Assembly: GCA_030704615.1 (NCBI GenBank)
Contig: CM060732.1
Coordinates: 36,828,001 to 36,892,000 of the forward strand
DNA: 64,000 bases
Direction of reading: 5' to 3'
From: Takakia lepidozioides
Lineage: Eukaryota; Plantae; Bryophyta
Shown here: one piece after another, positions 37,179 through 49,700 of the stretch
How positions within the stretch are numbered: the stretch's first letter is position 1
How the letters are laid out: every line of letters begins with the position of its first letter
Made by a program: the position numbers and the translations under genes
The notes under the pieces: generated by a model
Database searches by the model: none
Told to the model about the DNA's origin: nothing
What the model saw: the letters and a program-made list of their open reading frames with translations, nothing else

Positions 37179-38501
37179 TAGGTATGGGGTGTTCCTGAAA
37201 TCCATAGCAAGAATTCAAATGGACAAACTTGATGGGTCCATGAGAAGTATCCCTCCAAGTTTTACTGATATTCTGGGTGCATAAGTAACCCAAGTATCTC
37301 TATAAGTAGCCATTGTAGCTTAGTACCAGGACGTTGGTTTCATGGGGCAAAGAATTTGAACACACCTGAAGTCTACATTGGCCTGACATCATGCCTTTGG
37401 CACTTCAACTTGTCTAGTGGAAATCATTTGTGATTGTGCCTTGGCTGACCCCTGCATTGTCCAACTTCCCTGTCTTGACAGACATACCCTATCTCTTCAT
37501 GATCTTACCATACCCTATCTCTTCGTGATTTTACCAAAAACATACATAATTTGAATCATGGTCATTGTGAAGAACTATAACTCATAGACGGAGAAGGTGT
37601 TCGTAGTGTAGATGATGGGCGTTTTTGTCCTGCGACATGAGCATGGGCATGTTCTCCTTGGCTTGCCGTGGCATCCGCCGACGACGCACTCGCCTCGCAC
37701 TGGCGTGGGAGGAGTGGATCGTCCTCATCGTCCTCAGAAGAGCCCTCATGCAGAATCGTAGTCTTCATCGTCTTCAGTCTGGCACTTTGCCTTGCAGGAC
37801 CTTGATCCCTAGCTTTTTCCTTTCGAGCGCATGGCTTGTGAGGGCGATTCGCTCCCGCTAGCTTGCACAAACACCTCCACGACCTCCCTCTCAAACAATC
37901 ACAAACAAATGCAAGCATACATACCCTAATACTCTTAAGCCTACGTTGAACCACAACCGCACCCTACCGGGACGTAATGGCTGCCCACGAATGATGGCGG
38001 ACATCTCCCGCCTAATGACACACCCTCCTCAAACCTAATCGTTACTCACTGCATGTTGTTTGTCTCTCTGTTTGTACAAGTCGCAGCTACTCGCCCCCAT
38101 TTGTGCTATGAAGCTTATGATCGCTGTAGGAAGGTTAGAGGATAAGGCGAATGGCAAGTTTAGTGGGTGGGTAACCAAAGTCAGGTTCTAAACTCACCCA
38201 TCTATCGACTGCTTGAACGTTGCTTCCACCTCCTTTGTGGCAGCAATCCGGCGCTCTCGGAACTTCTCGTACTCAGTAAGAGGGACTGTCACTTCGAAGA
38301 CCTTCCGCTTCACCATGGACACTCAGAAACGATACTTATAGTATACTATAGATATAGAAATAGCACATTGGCAGCTGGTGCAAAACATGAGACAATGCAC
38401 TGTGCGTAACATGCAAAGAGGGAAGGGGTGACGTTCAAAGCATGTACAGTACAGGTGGCGACCGGATGCGTAGGCGTAGAATAGATGACCGTCTATGGTG
38501 A

Positions 38502-40938
38502 ATGGAAGAAGCTTATGCCACAAGGAATGGGCATACAAAAATGCTATGCAACTGCGATGAGTGTCATGGAGGAAAAGTACTATTGTTGGAAACAGTGAGG
38601 AATCATTACATGATACACGGGAGGGATTATCTTCTCCGACGCTGTTCTCTTCCGGTACGATCGTCACTTTCCCTTCAGCACTTTAGTTTGAATTTTGAAT
38701 GCAACGATCCTCTTCTCCACATGTCGACATTTCGTTGGGTGATTGTAGTCAAGAAGTCATAAGATACAGACGTGACTATGACTACGTCACTTCCGTTATC
38801 ACTTTAATTAATGCACATGTCGTGTTTTCATTGGTCATGTGTAGTCATGTAGTCATATATGACTAACTAAGTGACTGCAACTATGACTTCAATGGCTACA
38901 AATGTCGTGTTTTGATTGGGTGTATATTCATAAGATACATACGTAAATATGATTGCATCACTGCAACGTCACCATGCCTCCTATGTCATAATATGAACAA
39001 GTGTCGTATCGTTGTTGGTCCACTCACAAGATGACTATTGGGATGCAGGGATGTGAATATTCAGATGATGAAGACGAAGGCCCTGCGGCACAGCGGGAGC
39101 CCAATGTCACAGAGAACGCAAATGAGAGTGGTGGATTGGAGGTAGAAATCCAGCGTGCATTGCAGGAAGTGTTTCACTTTGCAGATGCAAACAGAGAGGA
39201 CCCCATTCATGGTGGAACCGATCACACATTTGCCGATCATGACGATGACCTCGACGATTCCGGAGACAATGAATTTGATGAGAATGCTCACCTGCACGTT
39301 GATCTCGAGTATGATAAACTCTTCCGACAGTCGCAATGTCCACTTTTTGGAGGGTGCTCGATCAGCCGGCTGCAAGCAACTTTGACGTTGCTGAATGCAT
39401 GCACTATCCACAAGTGCACCAATGCATTTGTGGATAACCTTCTGGGATTGTTGCGTAAGAGTTTTTTGCCTAAAGAGAATTCATTGCCAAAAACTCACTA
39501 TGAAGCAAAAACCATGATTGCCAAGATGGGATTGCAGTACACCATGATTCATGCCTGTGAGCGTGGTTGTGTACTCTTCCATGGGGAGTATGAATGTAGA
39601 CATTTGCCCAGTGTGCTCGTTACATTCCAGGTTGTGGAAGTGTGCCCAAAAAAGTATTGCGACACTTCCCTGTCATTCCAAGGTTGAAACGTATGTACCG
39701 ATGTAAATCGATCGCTAACCTCATGACATGGCACGACAGACATAAGAGCCAGGATGGGTTGGTTTGACATCCAGCTGATAGCAAAGCATGGAGACACATT
39801 GACACCACATTTGAGGATTTTGCTGCAGAGCCACGATCTCTGCGATTTGGATTGGCCTTAGACGGTGTAAATCCATACGGAGCTCAATCCACAAGTTGGA
39901 GCACATGGCTCGTTCTCTTGGTCAATTACAATCTGCCTCCGTGGTTAATGACCAAAAAATTCTTTGTCATGTTAGCGCTACTGATTCCTGGTAAGGAGTC
40001 TGTTACCTCGGACAATGTAGATGTTTACCTGATGCCCCTAGTGGAAGAGCTACTGGAACTATGGAGAGGTATTGTAGCTCATGACGTTTCTCGTCCTCGT
40101 GGTCAACGTGAATTCACAATGAGGGCAGTGATGATGTGGTCAATCCATGACTACCCTACATATGGCTTGCTCTCAGGTCAAGTGACGAAAGGTTATGCTG
40201 GTTGTCCAGCTTGTGGACCCGGGGTGACTTCACAGCAGTTACACACATGTGGAAAAACTGTTTTCCTAGGCCACCGAAGATTTTTGGCCCGCAATCATCC
40301 ATATAGAAGATCAAGAATATTCAATGGCGCTACTGAGCATGGAACTCCTCCAAAAACGCAGACTGGAACACAAATCAAGGAGCTTGCAACAGCTTGCACT
40401 GCATGGATGGAAAACGGAGGGACACCAGATAGCAGGACAGACCCAGCAAAAACTCGTGGAGTTAAGCGATTGTCAATTTTATATGTCTTACCTTATTGGG
40501 AGGTAATTCCTTCATGGCCTTTAAATTGGCTATGTACATTTTTGCGTTTTCTGTTTAAATTGTGATGAGTAAATGCTCAATTGCTTATGTGTTCATTTTG
40601 TAGGGTCTCCTCATCCGCCACACGTTTGATGCAATGCATTGCGAGAAGAACTTGGCTGAAAATATTATTAAAACTATCTTTGATGATAAAGACACATTGA
40701 AAGTTCGCCGTGATTTGGAGCTACTTGGGATGCGCCCGGAATTGTGGCTACAACGTGATCCTGACAGAGCAGATACGTTAATTATGCCTCCTGCCCCTTA
40801 TATCCTCATTGAGGCTGAGTTACAAGTCTTTTTGGAGATTGTGCAGAACTTGAAAGTGCCAACAGGCTACGCATTAGCTTTCAAAAAGCATGTGGTGAAG
40901 AAGAAGTTGTCTGGCATGAAATCACATGACTATCATGT
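38502..40938 (+). mobile_element. CACTA/En-Spm TnpD-type transposase pseudogene with introns, 3'-truncated
   Basis: N-terminal C.C..C..VRNH, IHACERGCVLF, LALDGVNPYG..YNLPPWL..KKFFVML, MWSIHDYP, DAMHCEKN, KSHDYHV. Confidence 0.9.
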
Positions 40939-43118
40939 TATCTCGTCGCCAATTGTGGTTCTCCTTTAGCAGAACGCACCTCAATCGAGGTCCCCACATC
41001 ACTTGTCGGGAGTCCCAGCTTCTGTGCCGTTGCCGGTGTCATGAAGGAGTGCGACGCTCCTGTGTCCACCAACAACGATACGTTAGTTCCGGAGATTATC
41101 CCACTCACAAACATTAACTGACTCCCTTTACGCAAGGCGCCAATTTCCTGATACAACTCACAAGAGTAGTTGCCCACCTTACAAGTCTTGACGACCACCG
41201 CCTCCACCAAGTGACTGATGGAGACTTCAGATAACTCCGTGGTTGCCCGAGTCATGTTCAATTGTCGGGGATTCGTACACTTCTTGGCCATGTGCCCGGG
41301 CTCCCCACAATTAAAGCACACTCTATCAAAGGTCGCCTTCTGTCCGCCATAAGCCGCCGCACCTGGTTTTCCTTTCGGGGCACCGGGAGTCGTCTTGACG
41401 TGTGAGGGTCCTCCCTTCGATTTCCATGTGCCATTGTCGCCGCGTGGCCTATCCCACTTCTTTTTCGGTTGGAAGGAGTCACCTTCCCGCCGGACCTTCT
41501 TGTGGTTAAGCTCCGTACGGCCTTGTCTTTCGCCCCTAGGGACATCCGAGAAACATTCAGCCCTTTTAATTGCCTTGTTCAAAGTCTTAGGTGGCTTCTC
41601 TTCCAACTTCCGTCTAGCCCATGGGGCCAGTTCCGCCACAAAGTTAAAGACCATTTCTGGTTCTGCCATGTCCGCGACTTCGACTAACAGCACATTGAAA
41701 GCCTGAACATATCCCTGAATGTCATCCGTTTGTTTCAAATTCCTCATCTTGTCCTGGGCGAGCCAAGACATGTTGAGGGGGACAAACTGTCTCTTCATGA
41801 GTTCCTTGAACCCACTCCAGTTCAAGGTCTCCGGATTTGGACCTCGGTCGTGAAGGTGTTTCTGCCACCATTGTTGAGCATAGCCCCTCAAATAGGTGGG
41901 AGCCACTTCCACCCGATCCTCGTCATCCAACTTGGCCGCCCGGAAGTACTGCTCTAGCTCCAAGAGCCAGGTGTTGAGTGCCTTCCAATTTCGGACGCCC
42001 TCGAAGGTGTCGGGTTCCTTAGGCTTCACCTTAAACTTTGCCTTAGTGGAAGTGGCATTAGTCGCCTTCAACACGTCTTTCAACGTCCCACCAAACTGCG
42101 CCAACAACCCTTCCCAAAAGGCTGCTGGCATGGGAGGCATCTGTTGGTCTGTCGGAGCTCTCAGGGATTCCTCGAGCTCCGACTCCTCAGATTCCTCCCG
42201 TCCATGAGCGGCCTCGCTTCCAAAGGCATGCATCGCTTCCTCAAATGGCCGCTTCGGTGACACGTCGCCCCCATTGGGCTCACCAGGATCATCATCTTTC
42301 GGACCATTCCGCTTTCGCTTTCGCTTGCCCGACCCCATGATGAGGCCGGTCCCAAGGACGATCGCGTACTAAACTCTAAGCTCCGATACCAAGTGTTGTG
42401 CACCTCACTTCGGTAAGCTCCCTTCAAGTCATAGTTACTCGCTTGATGTGCGCGCCTAACTCCCAAACTGGCCGCCGGGCCAACTCGGAGCTTCGGCTGC
42501 TCACCGGGGCATAACGGTCCCCCTTTACTCCTCCACTTGACCCTCTCTCAATTTGGCCCTAGTGGAAATTCCCTTTGGTCGATGGCAGTCCGGAATAGCT
42601 CCCCACACCTTGGTCGCTTTCCGGCTCGCACGCTTACTCACTAGTTTTTGGACACCAACGGGCTTGTACCGTTCTCGGGGTTACTACTCCCTATATATAC
42701 TTCTGTGACTGTCCGTGGGGGTTTCACAAACAACAACACCATTTTATGGCGAACCACCACGAAAACCCTCGATTCCCGGTGATAAGTCGCGGTGAGTCTT
42801 GGCCCACCCACCACGGTCCCCTTGGACCGTGATGAGTCCCAAGACTCCCCACGACTCCCACCACCAGGTCTCCGCCCCCATGGTGAGTCCTATGCCACCC
42901 CCACTAAGTCCCACTAAGCTACCACCACCCCTTGTGGAGCCACCCCCACCGCAACCCGGTGTGCGGGGCTTCACCTAGTGAGTGCCTCCGCCTCCTCGAG
43001 TGCCTTGGGCACTCGAGGTTGCTTCAGCCCCCCCGTACCTATTGCTGCCATCGCCCCCACCACAGGGGCAGCCCCTCTTCGTCCCGACCCCCTGCCTTCA
43101 AGGCAAAGGGCCGCGACA
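40939..43118 (-). mobile_element. Ty3/Gypsy 5' fragment: LTR (about 43118-42394), tRNA-Met PBS, gag and start of protease
   Basis: PBS TGGTATCGGAGC at 42391-42380; LTR ends TGTCGCG...CACAACA; 466-aa ORF with gag YLRGYAQQWW, CFNCGEPGHMAKKC and LVDTGASHSF. Confidence 0.9.
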
Positions 43119-43149
43119 CGCAAAATGGCCCTTCGAGGACCACTTGCCA

Positions 43150-44000
43150 TGAGCCCATGGATAGCAAGCATATCAATATATTCTGTCCCCTTCATCCTGC
43201 TTCGGGAATCGGTCACACAACCTTTCTCAATGTTTATGCGCCAAATCTTTCTATTGAACGTGCTACTCTTTGGGATCTTATTAGAGAAAAGATTCTGGAC
43301 CTTCCAAATGTTCTGAACTTGGTCGTCACCGGTGATTTCAATATGGTGGATAGCTAGATTGTATAGATGGGAGCGGTATTTGCGGTATTTAAATGGGACA
43401 TGCTTTGTTTCTCCATTGGTTTGGCTGACGATTCTCCTTCTGATCTAAAGTTCACTTTCTCGCTTTGTCAACCCCTCCAACAAGTATGGCCCATTTGGAT
43501 AGGGTTTATTGTTTGCAGATCCCCCTTACTTGGTCCAAGTGCTTACCGCTAGGACCAATTCTTCCGGAATTCGATCATGTAGCTGTGGTGGTTTCTTTTC
43601 ACAAGCATGGTCGCGGTTACTTAAATATAATCCCTCCATTCTGAAAAACAAGACCGTTCTTCAACAGCTCAAATTCAGATAACAATCTTCCGGGAACCTT
43701 ACTTCGTCATTTTCCTCCATAAACTAAAAGCCACTAGAGAAATGGCGCAAGATCTCTCTCTCGATATTTAGGGAAAGAACTCAAAAGGAAAGAGCTCTCA
43801 CCAAGTGTCTCAATCACTGTCAAAATTTACTGGAAGATGGTAGAATTGTGCTATTTACTGCTAAATGGAACCTTGTCGTTTTATCAAGAGAAAGGGAACC
43901 TCATGCGGATTAAAGTAGGTGTTAACTGGTCGCTTAAGGGTGAAAAGACAACGGGTTGTTTTTTTTCTGAAGGCCAGACAAAGATGGGCGTAGTATATGA
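43150..44000 (+). mobile_element. L1-type LINE ORF2 fragment (APE endonuclease), degenerate
   Basis: FLNVYAPN..ER..LWD..GDFN; later WSLKGEKTTGCFF. Confidence 0.75.
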
Positions 44001-44079
44001 TATATCAATACTTACGTGTAATTTGGGTTGACGTATGAATACCAATCATACTATATTATTAAATATATCAAATGTACTA

Positions 44080-44880
44080 TGAATGAACGTTAATGAGAGG
44101 GGGTGGAAAAAAACTCACCTTCGCCGCATCCGCAATCTTGTTTAGCCTGTAATGTTCTTTGACAATATGCGGTCGCCGCTTCAGTGGTCTGGTGCTGCCC
44201 GGCGGTATCGGATAGGCATGATTGCCCAAATGGATACAAGCTCGAGTTAGGCTGTGGCAATGAAGCATGTAGTACATGCATGCCTAACACACTTTCCTGC
44301 TTGAGTCTTCATCCACTCTTGAATAAGTCTCCTTATTGTCACCGCCTTATAAGCTGCTACATTATACTCTTACACTTGCAACGTCATGGCTCATGTGAGG
44401 CGGGTCTTCAATTCTGCAATCTTCTCATTCATTTGTTTCATCTTACCTTCAACCACTTCAATGATGTAGGCCACCGCTTGTGGATCAGGCGCATAGCTCG
44501 AACTTGTCAATTCACAAGATATGACATTGTTTATAGTTTTAAAAACCACTTGGTGGAGGATGCCAATGTCATTGTTACATGGATCATTTCTAAAATGATG
44601 CATTTATGAATCCAAATAATCCGGATTTGTTGCCTGTATGATTAGAAATGGTAGTGTAGGTCTACCAATCACGTTAAGTTGGGCTCTTTAAATAAAGCGT
44701 CGTAATCTGATCTGAATGTCCACGTAGAACAAGCAAAGTTTGGAGATCGATTGTTGAAACGGAAAGTGGGTTATCATTTTCTATAGGTTGAGTTTGTTGT
44801 AACATCCAGAAAGAATGATCTAAATACAATCAGCAGAATTGAGACATTTGTGGCCATGTATACATCTCATGCTATTGTAG
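44080..44880 (-). pseudogene. Degraded Cys/His-rich gene fragment, probably transposon-derived
   Basis: YYMLH..TRACIHLGNHAYPI..G and RCIHGHKCLN; family assignment not secure. Confidence 0.3.
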
Positions 44881-46206
44881 TAAGATTTACACGATGAAAT
44901 ATTATTAAGAAATAAAATATAGCTGTAGGATATAAAATATAAAAATTTAGGATTCTTCAACCCAAGCTATAAGCATCCGATTTCATACTAGCCCCTATGC
45001 TCATATTTATGTCCAACCACATTAATCGTTCATTTCAAAGCTAATCATTTATCAATATCCAGTGGCTGGAGATTTATGAAGTCAACAAGAGTCAATTTTC
45101 TAGTGCATCCTTTACATGCTCAGCCACGGTTGTCTCAACTTTGCGACCGAGAGTAGCAAAATCATTAGACGACTTCTTTCGTATCGAGAGTTTCCCACCA
45201 CCTCTAATCATGTTTCTTTCCCAAAAAATTAGAAGAGAGTTTGTATTATCAAAGGTTCGAAATTCTTTGCTCACACTATTTGCTAATACAAAATCATCTT
45301 CTTTTCCATATGTACCATTCTTTTATCTTTGGCTACATAGCAACAAGTATATATATGATATTTTTGAGAAACTTTACTTAAAGCTCTAATATTAGTTCAC
45401 AAATAAGTACTAGCTGATTTAATACAACATCAATAGTCGTTTTATACTCTTGCATATAAGCAAACTTCATCTACAAATGAACATGCTGTCACTTCTACCT
45501 CATCAAAATTCTCAAGTACAGAACAAAATCATATTCAAAATGAGGATTAACACATGACATATAAATAAACAATGGTTTGTTTAGGACCCGGCTGGCTCTG
45601 ATAATGAGACGATGAGCACAGAAAGAAAAGATGACGCTTCTAAATGAAGCACAAATTATGGTGTCTCTCCCTCCTAAGGGACTACTATTTTCCATTGGAA
45701 GGTGGATACTTTGAACCCTAGATCACTTAGGTTATGGAGAGGCAAGGCACAAACTCCAACCACAGGCTTGGGTGACCGTACTAAACTTAGTTTCTTTTAA
45801 TTTTCTTGAAAGTTGAATATTGACTAGTTAACCAACAACTTAAATTGCTTATTTTATGAACTCACATTAAAAGCTTTAAATAAGTCCTCAAAGCCCAGTT
45901 GTGGCCGGTTGGTGTTTCCTTGGAATTTTTCTTTTAAAAAAAATCTCATAATTATTTACATAGAGTTGTTGCTAGTATGTATATTTTGAGTCATCCATCA
46001 ATCCCATGTGTTGCTGTTGGGTAACATTTCTTGTAAGTTGAGGGCTCAAGATGAAGGCCACATGTTGTTGGCAATTTTGTCAATCATATATACCGATGTT
46101 AAACACATCCTCGCATATCTATATGAGACTTGAGATTTTTTCATTAATGTTATGGGTATAATATTGCAATCTTTCAAAGAAAAATTAGACATCAACCTTT
46201 CCGTCA

Positions 46207-46503
46207 ACTTTTTGTTGTTGTTTTGATTATTTTGTTCGTATAAAGTCTTGCCAAACCATACCAGCATAACACTATAACACTATACCGTGTATGTTAGATG
46301 TCACCCTCAACACAATTTCAACACAATTTCACTATCCAACATACTTGACCCACAATAATACCCAGAACCGGCGGACACCTGTTGAAAAAGTTAATACCCA
46401 CCCAATCAACTGGAAAATACCACACACACAATGTGACAGGATTTGACCCCAAAACCATCTGGGTAGCACTCAGTGTACTATCCAAATGAACGACTGGTTG
46501 GTG
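46207..46503 (-). mobile_element. Putative tRNA-derived SINE
   Basis: A-box-like segment 46496-46482, B-box-like GGTCAAATCC at 46448-46439, A-rich tail at 46238-46208. Confidence 0.45.
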
Positions 46504-46780
46504 ATAGAATTTACACAATCACAACAATGTTGTGGATTGGTGAGGAGATGATTAATTTTTTAAATCTATATTTACAATTTAAAATGGATGTAGCAGTTGC
46601 ACACACATCTGCCAGCACGCTGGCCCAGTGTTTGAACAAAAAAAAAGAAAAAAACAAAAAAAACATTGTGATCATGTGGGTCTAGGGTTCGATCAGCTGC
46701 TTCCCCGGAACGCAGCAGAGTTGAATATGAGAGTGGTGTCTGTGAAAAATAAGAGTATATGGAAGGTGAGAAAAACTGAA

Positions 46781-49700
46781 ATGGCAAAGACCCAGGCTAA
46801 AAGACTGTGGCTGCTTAGCGCCTCCCTCCCTGATCGTTTTCAGAGACCACTCTACAATCTCCAGACTGCGTTAGCATCTGTGTAAGTTTGGACATGGTCG
46901 TATATTCCTCATCGTGCAGACCCCAATGGAGCCCAAAACGACTTGCATGAATGTTGTTGAAAGCTCACTAGCACCCCTCAGTAAAGGACCTTGTCAAAAT
47001 ATTGATGCTGTCGGATTTTCGAGCACAAACCTCTACCTTGGAGCACGGAGCAGAGCTGGCATGAGATTTTTAAGGATCCTTCACGATGGTGGGACAACCG
47101 AAATCGCAAGGTGTGACTTTTTCTTAATGTACGATGTGAAGAAGTTTGTCCATCCTGCAAATGTGGGCTCTTGGCTCTTCCTGTTAGTACCATGATTTTT
47201 GTATTCTTCCTGATGTTTACAAGGTTCTTGGGAGAGTCAGCTTGGTCTTAGTAGGCCGTGTTTCAATCTATGCCTGCTCGGCTGCACCATGGTGGTTCTC
47301 ACAGACCAATCCGACATTACCTGACTACGGACACAAGCAGCACACTCAAGAGGTCCTTTTGGGTTGATGGTCGGTCAAATCCTCCATGGGTCATGACACA
47401 AGGTCAAGGACAATGTGGTGAGGGCACCTTCTTCTTCGACCTATTTCAGCCTGTTTTGCCCTCTCATCAGACTCGGCCCTGAATTTTGTTGAATTCTGTA
47501 AGTTAGCTCGTTGGGTGGATCTGTGGTGGATTGAGTGACTTTGACAAGTTACTGCCAATGTGGCAGCAGGAAAGTACCCAAAAACAGATAACAGAGATGA
47601 GGAGAAGCTTTGGAATGAACACTTTTCCGACCCCAGTCAATGGTGGGACAATGGAGACAAAAAGGTGAATGCCTGTTGGATTACAGAGAGAAGCAGATGC
47701 AATTCAGAATTGGAACTACTGTAATAAGTAGGGTTGGGGTGTTTGCTGGAAGAACTTCACGCCGTCAGTGTCAGCTGCTAGCAGCAAGGCTGAGGATGTA
47801 TTCATGATATGTACACAGGCAGGGATAGCTGAAGGACCAGGGATAGAGGTTCAGATTCATCCAAGAGGGCCGGATTTCAAACACAAGATTACTTCTGAGT
47901 CCCTGTGGATCAATAGCCACAAGAAACCTGTGTGGGTAGATGGTCAACTGGAAAGAGCAGCGGCAGCAGCACAATTGATAGAACCAGGCACTGCTAATGA
48001 AGGCACCTTCTTCAACACATTTCAGCCTGTTTTTCCCTGTTATCAGAGTTGTCCCTAAATTTTTAGGTTGAATTCTGCAAGTTAGCTCGATGGTGGATCT
48101 ATGGTGGTTTTGGAGTGATTTTAACATGTTACTGCCAATGTGGCAACAGGAAAGTATAGAAAAACAGATAACAAAGATGAGGAGAAGCTCTGGATTGAAT
48201 GTTTCCGACCGCAGTCAAGGGTGGAACAATCGAGGCCAAAAGGTGAATGTCTGTTGGAAGCGCAAGTCAGCATAGGAACTAGTGTGATAAGTAGGGTTGG
48301 GGTGTTTGCTAGAACAAATCTAGGCTGTCATTGTCAGCTGCTAGCAGCAAGGCAAGGATGTATGCATGATTTGTGCAGAGCATGGATAGCTGAAGGAGCA
48401 GGGATAGAGTTTGGGTCCAGATTCATCCAAGAGGGCCAGATTTCAAGCTCAATGTCACCTATGATTCCCTGTGGACGGATAGCTACAAGAAACCTGCATG
48501 GGTAGATGGTCAACTGGAAGCCGCAGCAGCAGTGGCACCATTGATAAAATCAAGCACTGCTAATGAAGGCACCTTCTTCAACACATTTCACCCTGTTTTC
48601 CCCTCTTATCGGAATCGGCCCTAAATTTCCGTGTTATTCTGCAAGTTAGCTGGTTGAGTGAATCTAGTTTGGAGTGACTTTGACATGATACTGCCAATGT
48701 GACAACAGGAAAGTGTCCAAAAACACGTAACAGAGATGAGGAGAAGCTGTGGAATGAATACTTTTCTGACCCCAGTCAATGGTGGGACAACCGAGGCAAA
48801 AAGGTGAATGCCTGTTAGATTACAGAGAGTAGCAGACGCAATTCAGCATAGGAACTAGTGTGATGAGCTGAGTTGGGTGTTTCCTAGAACTAATCTAGGC
48901 TGTCATTATCAGCTGCAAGGCAAGGTTGTATGCATGATTTGTGCAAAGGCAGTGATAGCTGAAGGAGCAGGGATAGAGTGTGGGTCCAGATTCATCCAAG
49001 AGGGCCAGATTTCAAGCACAAGACTACCTATGATTCCCTGTGGATCAATAGCTACAAGAAACCTGCATGGGTAGAGGGTCAACTAAAGGCAGCTGCTGCA
49101 GCGGCACAGTTGATTAAATCAGGCACCTCAACCATGACCATAGCTTCTGAAAGAGGATCAAGAGAGGGAGTCTACAATGCCTCTTCTGGCACTTCTGGGC
49201 ATGTGAAGATGCTTTGTGAGGCAGGCAGAATGAAAGAGGCTCTAGAGACTTTAAACCAAGGAGGCATTTCAGCAGATTCAGATACGTATGTCTGTCTCTT
49301 GCGTAAGTGCATCAAGATGAAAGGTCTGGAAGCTGGAAAGCAGGTGCACACTCACATTATCCAAAGTGGATTCACTCCAAATGTTTTTCTACTCAACACC
49401 CTTGTCAACATGTATGTTAAGTGCGGGAGCATCATGGATGCTCACCAAGTGTTCACCAGAATGCCTCAACGATCTTTGATCACGTGGAATATATTGTTGG
49501 CAGGATTTACCAAGCATGGATGTGGTAGGAATGCTTTGGAGACCTATGAGCAAATGCTGCATGAAGGGGTGAAGCCCAACCACATCACATTTGTTTGTGT
49601 TTGCAATGCGTGTGCGAGCCTGGCAGCCCTGGAAAAGGGGAAAGAGGTCCATGGTGACATCGTCAAAGCTGGAATTGTACCAGATGTCATCCTGAACACT

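Noticed and set aside
37562-37954. 130-aa minus-strand ORF beside the CACTA transposase
   Set aside because: Could be an exon of a second CACTA gene, but no motif or CACTA terminus was found to support it.
46430-46505. tRNA gene
   Set aside because: Degenerate boxes and no convincing cloverleaf; treated as a SINE head.
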